Shown here: one piece after another, positions 43,619 to 52,822 of the stretch
Numbering within the stretch: position 1 is the stretch's first letter
Layout: every line of letters begins with the position of its first letter
Assembly: GCA_030141605.1 (NCBI GenBank)
Contig: JAQGDQ010000216.1
Span: 290,259 to 354,258, forward strand
Origin: Tubiluchus corallicola
Taxonomy: Eukaryota > Animalia > Priapulida
Reading direction: 5' to 3'
Length of the DNA stretch: 64,000 nucleotides
Made by a program: the position numbers and the translations under genes
The notes under the pieces: model-generated
Databases searched by the model: none
The model's input: the letters and a program-made list of their open reading frames with translations, nothing else
Told to the model about the DNA's origin: nothing

Positions 43619-44860
43619 GTGGATATTTTTAGTAAGATTAAATCTAAGGGCGATCTTGGAAAATACCAGAAAGATGCACACGGGTACTTTGCATTTCCTA
43701 AGCTGGGGGGAGAGATTCATCCTCGTATGAAGTTTAGAGGTAAAGAGGTACTTACGTGGAGTTTGAATAATTATCTTGGGCTGGCTAATCATCCGAAGGT
43801 GCGTAATACTGATAGTGAGGCTACTGCTAAGTACGGCATGGCATATCCTATGGGTGCCAGGATGATGTCTGGGCATACTAGTAAGCATGAGGAGCTTGAG
43901 CAGCAGTTGTCGGAGTTTGTAGGTAAGCCCGATACTTTCCTGCTAAATTATGGTTATCAGGGTATGGTGTCTATTATAGATGCTTTGTGTGGAAGGCATG
44001 ATGTTATCGTTTATGATGCTGAGTCTCATGCTTGTATTGTTGACGGGGTACGCCTGCACATGGGTAAGCGTTTTGTTTTTCTCCACAATGATATGGATAG
44101 CCTTAGTAAGCAACTGGGTCATGCAGCAAGGGTGGTGGAGAAGACAGGAGGGGGTATTTTGGTTATCACAGAGGGTGTTTTTGGTATGGCCGGTGATCTT
44201 GGCAAGTTGGATGAGATTATCTCCATGAAGAAGAAGTACAATTTCAGGCTACTGGTAGATGATGCTCACGGTTTTGGAACAATGGGCAAGCTGGGTGCGG
44301 GAACAGGTTTACACTTTGGAGTACAGGACGATATAGATCTTTATTTTGGGACATTTGCTAAGGCGATGGCAGGTATCGGGGGTTTTGTGTCATGTGACGA
44401 GGAGGTTTGCAACTTTTTGCGTTATAATATGCGCTCTCAGACTTTTGCCAAATCGTTACCGATGCCGATGGTAATAGGTGCTCTAAAAAGACTTGAGTTG
44501 ATACGTTCAAATCCCGAGTTTGTAGAGCGGCTGTGGGTAATAGTGTGTGCTCTTCAGAAGGGGCTGAGAGAGAATGGGTTTAATCTTGGAAATACCAGTT
44601 CTCCCGTAACTCCTATATATCTTTCTGGGAGTGTTCCTGAGGGCACTAATGTGGTAATGGATCTTCGTGAAAATTACAATATTTTTTGCTCAATAGTTAT
44701 ATATCCCGTTATTCCTAAGGGGCAGCTGTTATTGAGACTTATTCCGACAGCCATGCACTCGCTTGAGGATGTAGAGTATACTATTAAGGTGTTTTCAGAG
44801 GTGAGGAGAAAGCTTAAGGAGGGAAAGTATTCAACAGAGCAGATGGCGCAGATGCTTTAG
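43619..44860 (+). CDS. Alpha-oxoamine synthase family PLP enzyme, likely cysteate:fatty-acyl transferase (SulA/CapB-type) of sulfonolipid synthesis
   Basis: GYFAFPKL, NNYLGLANHP, YPMGARMMSG, DDAHG, GTFAK (K248, PLP). RSQTFAKSLP has a Lys (K278) where serine palmitoyltransferases typically read FSAS. Confidence 0.75.
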   Translation: MDIFSKIKSKGDLGKYQKDAHGYFAFPKLGGEIHPRMKFRGKEVLTWSLNNYLGLANHPKVRNTDSEATAKYGMAYPMGARMMSGHTSKHEELEQQLSEFVGKPDTFLLNYGYQGMVSIIDALCGRHDVIVYDAESHACIVDGVRLHMGKRFVFLHNDMDSLSKQLGHAARVVEKTGGGILVITEGVFGMAGDLGKLDEIISMKKKYNFRLLVDDAHGFGTMGKLGAGTGLHFGVQDDIDLYFGTFAKAMAGIGGFVSCDEEVCNFLRYNMRSQTFAKSLPMPMVIGALKRLELIRSNPEFVERLWVIVCALQKGLRENGFNLGNTSSPVTPIYLSGSVPEGTNVVMDLRENYNIFCSIVIYPVIPKGQLLLRLIPTAMHSLEDVEYTIKVFSEVRRKLKEGKYSTEQMAQML

Positions 44861-44949
44861 GGAGTGAATGGTATTGATGAGTATAGTATTATAGGCTGAC
44901 GGCTTTGCTATCTATCAAAGCCCTTTAAGAGCAGTTTTTTCTGTTTTGC

Positions 44950-45212
44950 AGAGTTTATAAGATTCATCTGATTTTGTTTTGACGATTTTCCTATCATAAT
45001 CTGTAAAGTTTTGCATGTAAGTTATAGTAAGTTCTTGCATTTTAGGTCACTATAATTTGTTGAGGTTTTAAATTCTATATTGATAATATTGAGCAGGTTG
45101 GGATTAATTTCAGGAGCGGATAAATAATAAAGTGAGGTCTTTGCGAAGGTCTCAAAGCATAAAGAGGTTGCAAGTTTGATGGCTGCAACCTCTTTTATTA
45201 TTTTATCTGTTT
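44950..45212 (+). repeat. Left copy of a 263-bp direct repeat flanking IS1634
   Basis: Appears identical by eye to 46860-47122. Confidence 0.93.
45161..45196. terminator. Bidirectional intrinsic terminator (duplicated at 47071-47106)
   Basis: AAAGAGGTTGCA-loop-TGCAACCTCTTTT between convergent genes. Confidence 0.7.
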
Positions 45213-46859
45213 CCTGTTTTGTGCACCACAACGACGCCCCAAGAATGCACTATTGATTATCAGCAAGATAGGAATTTCAAATTTGCATTTTGGGTGCTGC
45301 ATGCTTAATTTTATGCATGTTTGTCCGAAAAAATAAGAATCGGGAGTGGTTCTGTGAGTGTACAGATAATCTCAAAAAATCATGGTAAATATAAGGTTGT
45401 AAAAACCGTAGGTTGCGCAAAAACAAAGCGGGAAGAAGAATTGCTTTTATTGCTTGCCAACACAGAGATAGAGCGGCTTAGGGGCATGCAATCGCTTTTT
45501 GTTGAACACGATGATTTGGTGGTTGAAAACTTTGTGGGCAGCATTGCAAACAATCATTTACAAGTTGTAGGAAGTGAATTAATTTTAGGCAAAATTTATC
45601 AAGTCTTTAACTTTCCGGATGATGGGTGCTGCAATTATTTTCGCAACCTGGTATTATGTCGGTTAGTGTACCCGGGAAGCAAATTAAAAACCGTTGACTA
45701 TTTTAGACAGCACCTGAATACAGATGTTAGCGTACACACTATTTATCGTTTCCTTGACGAGCTAAATACAAGTTTAAAGCCACAAATTGAACAACTTACC
45801 TTTAAGCACACCAGGAAGCTACTAAAAGGAAAGATAAGTGTCGCATTTTATGATATGACCACATTGTATTTTGAGGCATCAGAAGAAGATGACTACCGTA
45901 TTCCCGGATTCAACAAAGATGGCAAGCATCAACAACCGCAAATAATGATAGGTTTACTGGTGGGTAAATATGGATACCCGATTGGCTATCAAATATTCGA
46001 GGGAAACACCTCTGAAACAAAAACACTAATCCCTGTTCTGGAAGCCTTTCAAAATAAATTTAATATCGAAAGGCCTATTGTAGTTGCCGATGCAGCTTTA
46101 CTCTCGCAGAAGAACATAAATGCCTTGATTGAAAACAAATACGAGTACATACTTGGAGGACGGATAAAGAATGAAAGTCAAAAAATAAAAGAAAAAATTA
46201 TAACTCTTGATATTAAAGAAAACAAGCCAGTTGAGTTGAAAAACAAGAATGGAAGGTTGATTATCAGCTTCTCAGAAAAAAGAGCCTTCAACGATAAAAA
46301 AACAGAGAGAAGGGCTTAAAAAGACTTGAAAAACGTGTTGCTTCCGGCAAGCTAACAAAGAATCGCATAAATAATCGCGGGTATAATAAATATCTGAATC
46401 TGTCGGGGGAGATTGCCGTTAAAATCGACTACGATAAGTTCCAGTCAGATAGAGTTTGGGATGGGTTGAAGGGTTATGTAACCAATACCCATTTACCGAG
46501 AAAAGATGTTATCGGGAATTATAGTCAGTTGTGGCAAGTGGAAAAAGCTTTTCGTATATCAAAAACTGATTTACGAATACGGCCAGTTTATCACCGCTTA
46601 AAAGAACGCATTGAAGCCCATATCTGTATTTGTTTCACAGCCTATGCCATTTACAAAGAGCTGGAAAGGTTATTGAAGGCAAATAATATTGATATCTCTG
46701 CTGAAAAAGCCTTGGAACAAATCCGGCAGATCAGGCAGCTGCAATACACTCTGCCCAAATCGAAACAAGTCAGAACAAAAATATTACAGCCAACTGAAAT
46801 GCAAAAAAAGTTGTTAAATATGAAATTATAAACTTGGGTGCTGCAATGCACAAAACAGG
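45213..46859 (+). mobile_element. IS1634-family insertion sequence (1647 bp)
   Basis: Perfect 13-bp IR CCTGTTTTGTGCA / TGCACAAAACAGG; transposase motifs; long flanking direct repeat. Confidence 0.92.
45317..46831 (+). pseudogene. IS1634 transposase with two frameshifts
   Basis: ATG at 45317 (MFVRK..), +1 shift near 45342, and one A missing in the A-run near 46300. Motifs FYDMTTLYFE, GFNKDGK, FEGNTSE, VVADAAL, LWQVEKAFRISKTDL.RP.YH. Confidence 0.85.
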
Positions 46860-47122
46860 AGAGTTTATAAGATTCATCTGATTTTGTTTTGACGATTTTC
46901 CTATCATAATCTGTAAAGTTTTGCATGTAAGTTATAGTAAGTTCTTGCATTTTAGGTCACTATAATTTGTTGAGGTTTTAAATTCTATATTGATAATATT
47001 GAGCAGGTTGGGATTAATTTCAGGAGCGGATAAATAATAAAGTGAGGTCTTTGCGAAGGTCTCAAAGCATAAAGAGGTTGCAAGTTTGATGGCTGCAACC
47101 TCTTTTATTATTTTATCTGTTT
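46860..47122 (+). repeat. Right copy of the 263-bp direct repeat flanking IS1634
   Basis: Matches 44950-45212. Confidence 0.93.
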
Positions 47123-47148
47123 AACCAGAGTTTGAAGATTTCCTGTTT

Positions 47149-47275
47149 TGATATTTTCGAAGTTCATATTTTTATTAATATTCTCTTCAAAATCTTCATT
47201 TACAACAGTAAGTTGTGGGTTTTCATTGGATTTTTCCTCATTCTGAGCTAAGTTTTTTATTTTTTTAAGATCTCA
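47149..47275 (+). repeat. Dispersed MITE-like repeat, copy H
   Basis: TTCTCTTCAAA..TTTAC..CAGTAA.TTG..ATTTTTC..TGA shared with copy I at 52426. Confidence 0.65.
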
Positions 47276-47277
47276 TT

Positions 47278-48984
47278 TTAGTAATAGCCTTCATTCTGTT
47301 TTAAGACAGGGTTGTTATTAGCTATAGACAGGTCGATCTGAGTTTGCGGGATAGGCCAGATTTCGTGTTGTCCTTTGGAAAATGTTTTGCCGGAAAGGTG
47401 TACCATAACTGTTCCTTCTACACTGAGGTAGTCATTCATAGTATCTCCTGCTATTCCCCAGCGTACGAGATCAAAGAAACGCATTCCCTCCATGGCAAAT
47501 TCCAGGCGGGTTTCGTGGCGAATAGCTTTCAGTGCATACTCTTTGGAAGGGAAGTCTTCCGTATACGGTTCAACTTTATAGTTTGCGGCCGGAGCTCCAT
47601 CGTCAAATCTTACTACGTTTGAGGATTTTGCTCTGTTGCGTATTTCATTTACCAAAGAGGTTGCGCGAGTCAAAGATCCTATTTCTGCTTCACATTCAGC
47701 CAGCCACAAAATTACATGTCCCAGTCTGAATTTACGAAAGTTGTTACTGTTAACGCCTGTTGTCCATCCTGTAGATGTTTGAGCTGTAGCTTTTTCTGCC
47801 TCTTTAAACATGTTTTTTTTGTATAAGTACGGGCCTCCGTTGGATGGTTCGCGTATCCATGAGTTTCCTTCCATTATTCCCCAGTCTAGGTAGGGAATTC
47901 CTGGGCGTCCGACAGTGTGGTCGAGCCGGGGATCAATGGTTCCTTTATACTGTTTGTCAGGCTCGGGATCGAATGGCAGCATGTCGTCTGCTGAGTAGGT
48001 GTCGTTAAGCAGAGGCAGCCCCGTATTATCGTCAACCCTATAGGCGCTTACGAGGCTATGTGTGGGTTGAAAGAAGCCACAGCAGGTTCCTGTTGGAGCT
48101 CCCCCGAAAGGGTAGTTAAGGGCATCACCCCAGCCTCCGTTATACGAGCCGTTGGAGCCATCGTTTACAGCATACTGTATCTCGAATATTGATTCTTTGT
48201 TATTGTTGTGGTTGATTTCATAATTCATCTCATAACTTTCAACTAGCTGAAATACCCCACTGGAGTAGACATCGTCCAGCACCGGTTTTGCCATATTAAA
48301 TTTTCCTTGAAACATGTAGACGCGGGCCAGATAGGTTTTTGCTGCCCATTGTGTTGCACGCCCTTTATCACTTCCCCAGTTATCTGGCAGGTTGTCTACT
48401 GCAAACTCCAGGTCACTCTCTATTTCACTCCATACGAGCCTGTCATTTGGTACAGTATGTGGCTCTTCTGTGTTTTCGTCAATGTATGGTACCTTCCCAT
48501 GTACCAGTGTAAGTTCGACATAGAAATGTGCTCTGAGAAATTTTGCCTGGGCTTCAGCCTGAGCTTTTTCTTTTTCACTCATATCATCCGCCTTAACAGT
48601 AGCCAGCAAAACATCATTAGCACGGCGAATACCATCATAAAGCGGCTCCCAGTGGTTTTTTACATACGTATTTTCAGCGTCAACATAAAATCCCTCAATA
48701 GGGTTAATACTGGGCTGGTCACCAGATGATGAACCCTTGTATGCATCATCTGAGGCAACACTGCCCCAAACCCAGTTAGAAACGGCGCTTGCCCAGTTGT
48801 CTGCACTTGGGCGATTTGTTCCGTCAACAACAGCATAGGTGCCGGTTAATAGGGCATTTACACCTTCTTTATTATAAAGTAGTTCAACATGAGCCTGCCC
48901 TTTGGGTTTAATCTCAAACCAGGAGTCAGAGCAGGAGTATAAAACAATTGTTACTAGTGCTATAATAATATATGTCTTTTTCAT
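47278..48984 (-). CDS. RagB/SusD family outer-membrane lipoprotein
   Basis: Lipobox LYSC; AQAKFLRAHFY, GRATQWAA, ESIFEIQY, DPRL, ETRLEFAMEGMRFFDLVRWG, PIPQTQID. Confidence 0.95.
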   Translation of the reverse strand: MKKTYIIIALVTIVLYSCSDSWFEIKPKGQAHVELLYNKEGVNALLTGTYAVVDGTNRPSADNWASAVSNWVWGSVASDDAYKGSSSGDQPSINPIEGFYVDAENTYVKNHWEPLYDGIRRANDVLLATVKADDMSEKEKAQAEAQAKFLRAHFYVELTLVHGKVPYIDENTEEPHTVPNDRLVWSEIESDLEFAVDNLPDNWGSDKGRATQWAAKTYLARVYMFQGKFNMAKPVLDDVYSSGVFQLVESYEMNYEINHNNNKESIFEIQYAVNDGSNGSYNGGWGDALNYPFGGAPTGTCCGFFQPTHSLVSAYRVDDNTGLPLLNDTYSADDMLPFDPEPDKQYKGTIDPRLDHTVGRPGIPYLDWGIMEGNSWIREPSNGGPYLYKKNMFKEAEKATAQTSTGWTTGVNSNNFRKFRLGHVILWLAECEAEIGSLTRATSLVNEIRNRAKSSNVVRFDDGAPAANYKVEPYTEDFPSKEYALKAIRHETRLEFAMEGMRFFDLVRWGIAGDTMNDYLSVEGTVMVHLSGKTFSKGQHEIWPIPQTQIDLSIANNNPVLKQNEGYY

Positions 48985-49022
48985 AATTTATATGTGTTTT
49001 TAATTTATAAAAACTATCAGGG

Positions 49023-52000
49023 TTACAAGTTCAGGTTTATCCCAAAAAGAAACATTTGTGAGGTGGGGTAAACACCCTCATCCACGCCAATATGGCGATC
49101 TGCATTATCGCCATTGTTGATAATCTCAGGGTCGAGTCCACTGTATCCGGTAATTGTAAGCAGATTTGTTGCTTGTGCATAAAGCCTTAAACGCTCAATG
49201 CCCCATTTAGAGGTTACTTCTGCCGGGATGGTATAGCCAATTTGTAGGTCCTTTATGCGGAGGTAAGAGCCATCTTCAACAAAGAAAGTTGAGGTTCTTT
49301 GCATCACTTCGTCATCTTTAAGTGCGATAGGCATTGTAATTTTATCTCCGTTTTCATAACGTTCGGCTGTCCATGATTCATAGAGTCTTTGTGTGCTACG
49401 ATTTCCCTGAAAGTTGCTAAATAGTATCCACCGGTTTACATAGTTTATCAGTTTATTGCCTTGTGACCCCTGAATAAACATTGTCATATCCCAGCTTTTA
49501 TACTGTGAGCCAATGTTTAGCCCATAAGTAAAATCGGGGTGTGGGCTGCCTATAAAGGTGCGATCCTCCGATGTTATCTTGCCATCGCCGTTCACATCTT
49601 TATATTTGAATACTCCGGGGCGGCTATAGCTGTCAACTCCATCTTTATCAGGGTTATATGGGCTATGTGCAGCGATCTCTTCTGCTGTGTTGAAAATACC
49701 TTCAACCACATATCCATAGAAGGAAGATATGGGTCTACCACTTGTACTTGCGGTGTATATGTTTTGACGAAGCTCATCTCCCCAGAGAATTTCGTTCGAG
49801 TTATCATTAAGTTTTGTGATTTCGTTTTTGTAGTGGGAGATGCTGGCACGGATATCAAAATAGAAGTCATTACCTGCCTGTCCGTGATAAGTGATCATCA
49901 GATCACACCCTCTGTTTTTCATCTCGCCAACATTTATGGCAGGAAGTACCAAATATCCATACACACTGGGAAGTTGTTGTTTGTAAAGCATATCTGTGGT
50001 CAGACGGTTATACCAGTCGAAATTGACCTGCAGTTTACTGTCAAATACCGTAATATCGAGGCCAACATTGGTGGTTGTGGTAGATTCCCATTTTCCATCC
50101 AGGTTACCCAGCTTATAGCGGTGGAATCCTGGCACCGTGGATGTGTTTGATCCTGACAGGCTGTAGTATGATTCGTTAATATGAGCCCGATAGGTGCTGT
50201 AGCTATTGTAGTTTCCACCAACGTTGTCATTACCATTTTGGCCCCAGCCTATTCTTAATTTAAGGTCGTTAAGCCAGCCATACTCTGTCAAAAAAGATTC
50301 TTCAGATATTCTCCACCCAGCAGAGAGTGCGGGGAATGTTCCCCATCGATGCGTTTTTGCAAATCTTGAAGAGCCATCACGACGTAAAACAGCTTCTAGA
50401 AGATACTTATCTCTAAAGCTGTAGTTTATTCTGCCAAAGTAGGAAAATGTAAACCATTCGTCAAAGGATCCTGTCGCGGTCTGATCGGATTCTCCCGAGT
50501 CTAAGACCATGTAGTCTGTATCTGTCATAAAGTATACACTCCGGCTTGCATTAAACCACTCCCAGTAGTCGCTAACGCATTCAGATCCCAGCAGCACCTT
50601 AATGTTATGTATATCATCAATAGTAGTGCTAAAATTAAGTGTGTTTGACCAGTTCCACTGGATTCCTCCTTCAAACTTCTGTGTTAGTTGGTCGTTAGGT
50701 TTTCCTTCTGAAAATTCCGGATCCATAATGCGCCGGTCCTGTTCGCGCGTGCTATTGTAATCGACACCAAACAGAGTTCGAAACGTAAGGTTTTTAGGTA
50801 GGTTTAGCTGTGCATATACATTTGCGAGTATACGCATTTCCCGAACATAATCATCCTTGTTGCGAGTGAGTACAGCTACGGGGTTTTGTGCGTTACCTGT
50901 TGTTGCAGCCTGTGTTCCGGCAAAGTTGCCTTTAATATCATAAACTGGAATGATAGGTTGCATTCTATAAGCCCAAGAGACAGAGTTTCCCTCATCATTA
51001 TTACCAAATCCATTACGGTTGACATATGAAGCTCCGAGGCTTTCCCCTATTTCCAGCCAGTCTGTAACTTTAGCATCAGCGTTAGAGCGTAGGGAGAATC
51101 GCTCAAAACCGGTGTGCATAACTATTCCTTCCTGTTCCATATATCCGGCAGAAAAAGCGTAGTTGCTGTTTTCGCTTCCTCCCGACAGGCCTATGTTGTA
51201 TTCCTGCACAGGGGCAAGGTTAAATATCTCATCGTACCAGTTAGTGCCTTGCTTGTTAGCACGAGTAATGCCATTGTAGGGACTTGGGTATGAATAGCTA
51301 CTTTCATCCACTTCGCCTTCCATCTTGCCTGCAGGTATTATATAGTCGGGAATAATGGGTGTTTCTCCATACCCTAACTGTTCATTTCCCCAGCCATTAT
51401 CTCCCGGATTTAATCCCGCATTGCGGTTTTCCATCCACAAAAGATCCGCATACTCTTGGGTATTCAACAGGTCCAGTTGATTGGTGGCGCGTTGTATCCC
51501 GAAACGCGCATCGAAACTAAGTCTTGTCTTTCCCGGTTTTCCACGCTTTGTAGTAATAATAATAACTCCATTAGCAGCACGAACACCGTATATAGCTGAG
51601 GAGGAAGCATCTTTAAGCACCGACATGGATTCAATATCGTTGGGATTGATTTTACTTAGTCCGTCAGTTGAAGGCACCCCGTCAATAATGTATAGCGGAT
51701 CGTTGTTGTTTACAGATCCAATGCCACGAACACGCACGGTAGCTTCTCCTCCGGGAGAGTTATCATTGGTTATTGTAACACCTGCAACCCTTCCTTGTAT
51801 ACGTGAAGCTGCATTAGCTACAGGAATCGAGCGTAGCTCATCTTCTGAGACAGAGGTAACAGCACCTGTCAAGGTTTTCTTTTGCTGGGTACCGTAGCCA
51901 ACAATAATAACTTCGTCAACATTAATAATGTCTGATTTCATGGTTACGTTAATATTGGTTCGGTCCCCAATTTCAGCATCTTGTGTTAGCATACCAATGT

Positions 52001-52262
52001 AGGAGAATACCAATACATTAGCATCAGCAGGTATTTGGGACAAATTGTATTTCCCCTCCCAGTCTGTGATTACCCCTATAGTTGTACCTTTAACCATTAC
52101 TGTTACTCCCGTAATAGGGTTCCCGTTCTCTTCTGTTACGGTACCACTAATTGTCTTTTGCTGAGCGGAAAGTGCCCCTCCTGTCAGCATAAAAAGGAGC
52201 ATAATATAAGTGCTCCACCAACTCTTTGTTTTTGAAATGAAACTTAGACTTATTTTCCTCAT
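49023..52262 (-). CDS. SusC/RagA family TonB-dependent transporter (likely start MRKISL at 52262)
   Basis: VGYGTQQK, PLYIIDGVP, INPNDIESMSVLKDASSSAIYGVRAANGVIIITTKRG, RRDGSSRF, VEDGSYLRIK, FGINLNL. Confidence 0.96.
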   Translation of the reverse strand: MRKISLSFISKTKSWWSTYIMLLFMLTGGALSAQQKTISGTVTEENGNPITGVTVMVKGTTIGVITDWEGKYNLSQIPADANVLVFSYIGMLTQDAEIGDRTNINVTMKSDIINVDEVIIVGYGTQQKKTLTGAVTSVSEDELRSIPVANAASRIQGRVAGVTITNDNSPGGEATVRVRGIGSVNNNDPLYIIDGVPSTDGLSKINPNDIESMSVLKDASSSAIYGVRAANGVIIITTKRGKPGKTRLSFDARFGIQRATNQLDLLNTQEYADLLWMENRNAGLNPGDNGWGNEQLGYGETPIIPDYIIPAGKMEGEVDESSYSYPSPYNGITRANKQGTNWYDEIFNLAPVQEYNIGLSGGSENSNYAFSAGYMEQEGIVMHTGFERFSLRSNADAKVTDWLEIGESLGASYVNRNGFGNNDEGNSVSWAYRMQPIIPVYDIKGNFAGTQAATTGNAQNPVAVLTRNKDDYVREMRILANVYAQLNLPKNLTFRTLFGVDYNSTREQDRRIMDPEFSEGKPNDQLTQKFEGGIQWNWSNTLNFSTTIDDIHNIKVLLGSECVSDYWEWFNASRSVYFMTDTDYMVLDSGESDQTATGSFDEWFTFSYFGRINYSFRDKYLLEAVLRRDGSSRFAKTHRWGTFPALSAGWRISEESFLTEYGWLNDLKLRIGWGQNGNDNVGGNYNSYSTYRAHINESYYSLSGSNTSTVPGFHRYKLGNLDGKWESTTTTNVGLDITVFDSKLQVNFDWYNRLTTDMLYKQQLPSVYGYLVLPAINVGEMKNRGCDLMITYHGQAGNDFYFDIRASISHYKNEITKLNDNSNEILWGDELRQNIYTASTSGRPISSFYGYVVEGIFNTAEEIAAHSPYNPDKDGVDSYSRPGVFKYKDVNGDGKITSEDRTFIGSPHPDFTYGLNIGSQYKSWDMTMFIQGSQGNKLINYVNRWILFSNFQGNRSTQRLYESWTAERYENGDKITMPIALKDDEVMQRTSTFFVEDGSYLRIKDLQIGYTIPAEVTSKWGIERLRLYAQATNLLTITGYSGLDPEIINNGDNADRHIGVDEGVYPTSQMFLFGINLNL

Positions 52263-52425
52263 AGATTTAAAGTATTTAAAAATTAATAATAAATTTATTT
52301 TCGCTTTTAAAAGCAACGCCCTTTCGGGAAAATTCCAGGCTATACAGAAACGACATAGTTTATCCCAAATGGGAGCTAAACCAGAAAGAGAGACACGCTA
52401 AGTTTTTAAATTTGGTTTTGTACAA

Positions 52426-52556
52426 TGAGCCCTTTGCAATACTCATTTTTTCTTTAAAGTTCTCTTCAAAGCCTTTATTTTACATCAGTAAATTGCGACT
52501 TTTTATTGAAATTTTTCTTGATTTGAATCAAAGCGCTTTGTTTTGTAATGGCCTCA
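52426..52556 (+). repeat. Dispersed MITE-like repeat, copy I
   Basis: IR TGAGCCCTTTGCAATA / TTTTGTAATGGCCTCA. Internal GTAAATTGCGACT is identical in copy K (minus strand). Confidence 0.72.
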
Positions 52557-52822
52557 TATTGTTTAGTTTAGTATATTATATTATGGCAAAGAGCTATAAC
52601 GATTTGTAGCTTTACCAGGTATTAAATTTTATTTACAATATAGTTAAAAAAGTTTAAATACTTATTTTAAGGAAATGAAAGCTGTGGGAAAGTCTTACGG
52701 TTATTAAATTGGAATAGAATAGAGTGTAGGTGTGTTTTTGCCTTGCGAAGGTTTCATCATATGGTTTTATAAGCAATAGGGGAGTGAAGGCTGAGTGTTT
52801 AGACAGGTGTGATTATCATGTT

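Noticed and set aside
44950-47122. 263-bp repeats as attL/attR of an integrative element or as LTRs
   Set aside because: They abut the IS1634 IRs exactly, enclose only the transposase, and there is no integrase.
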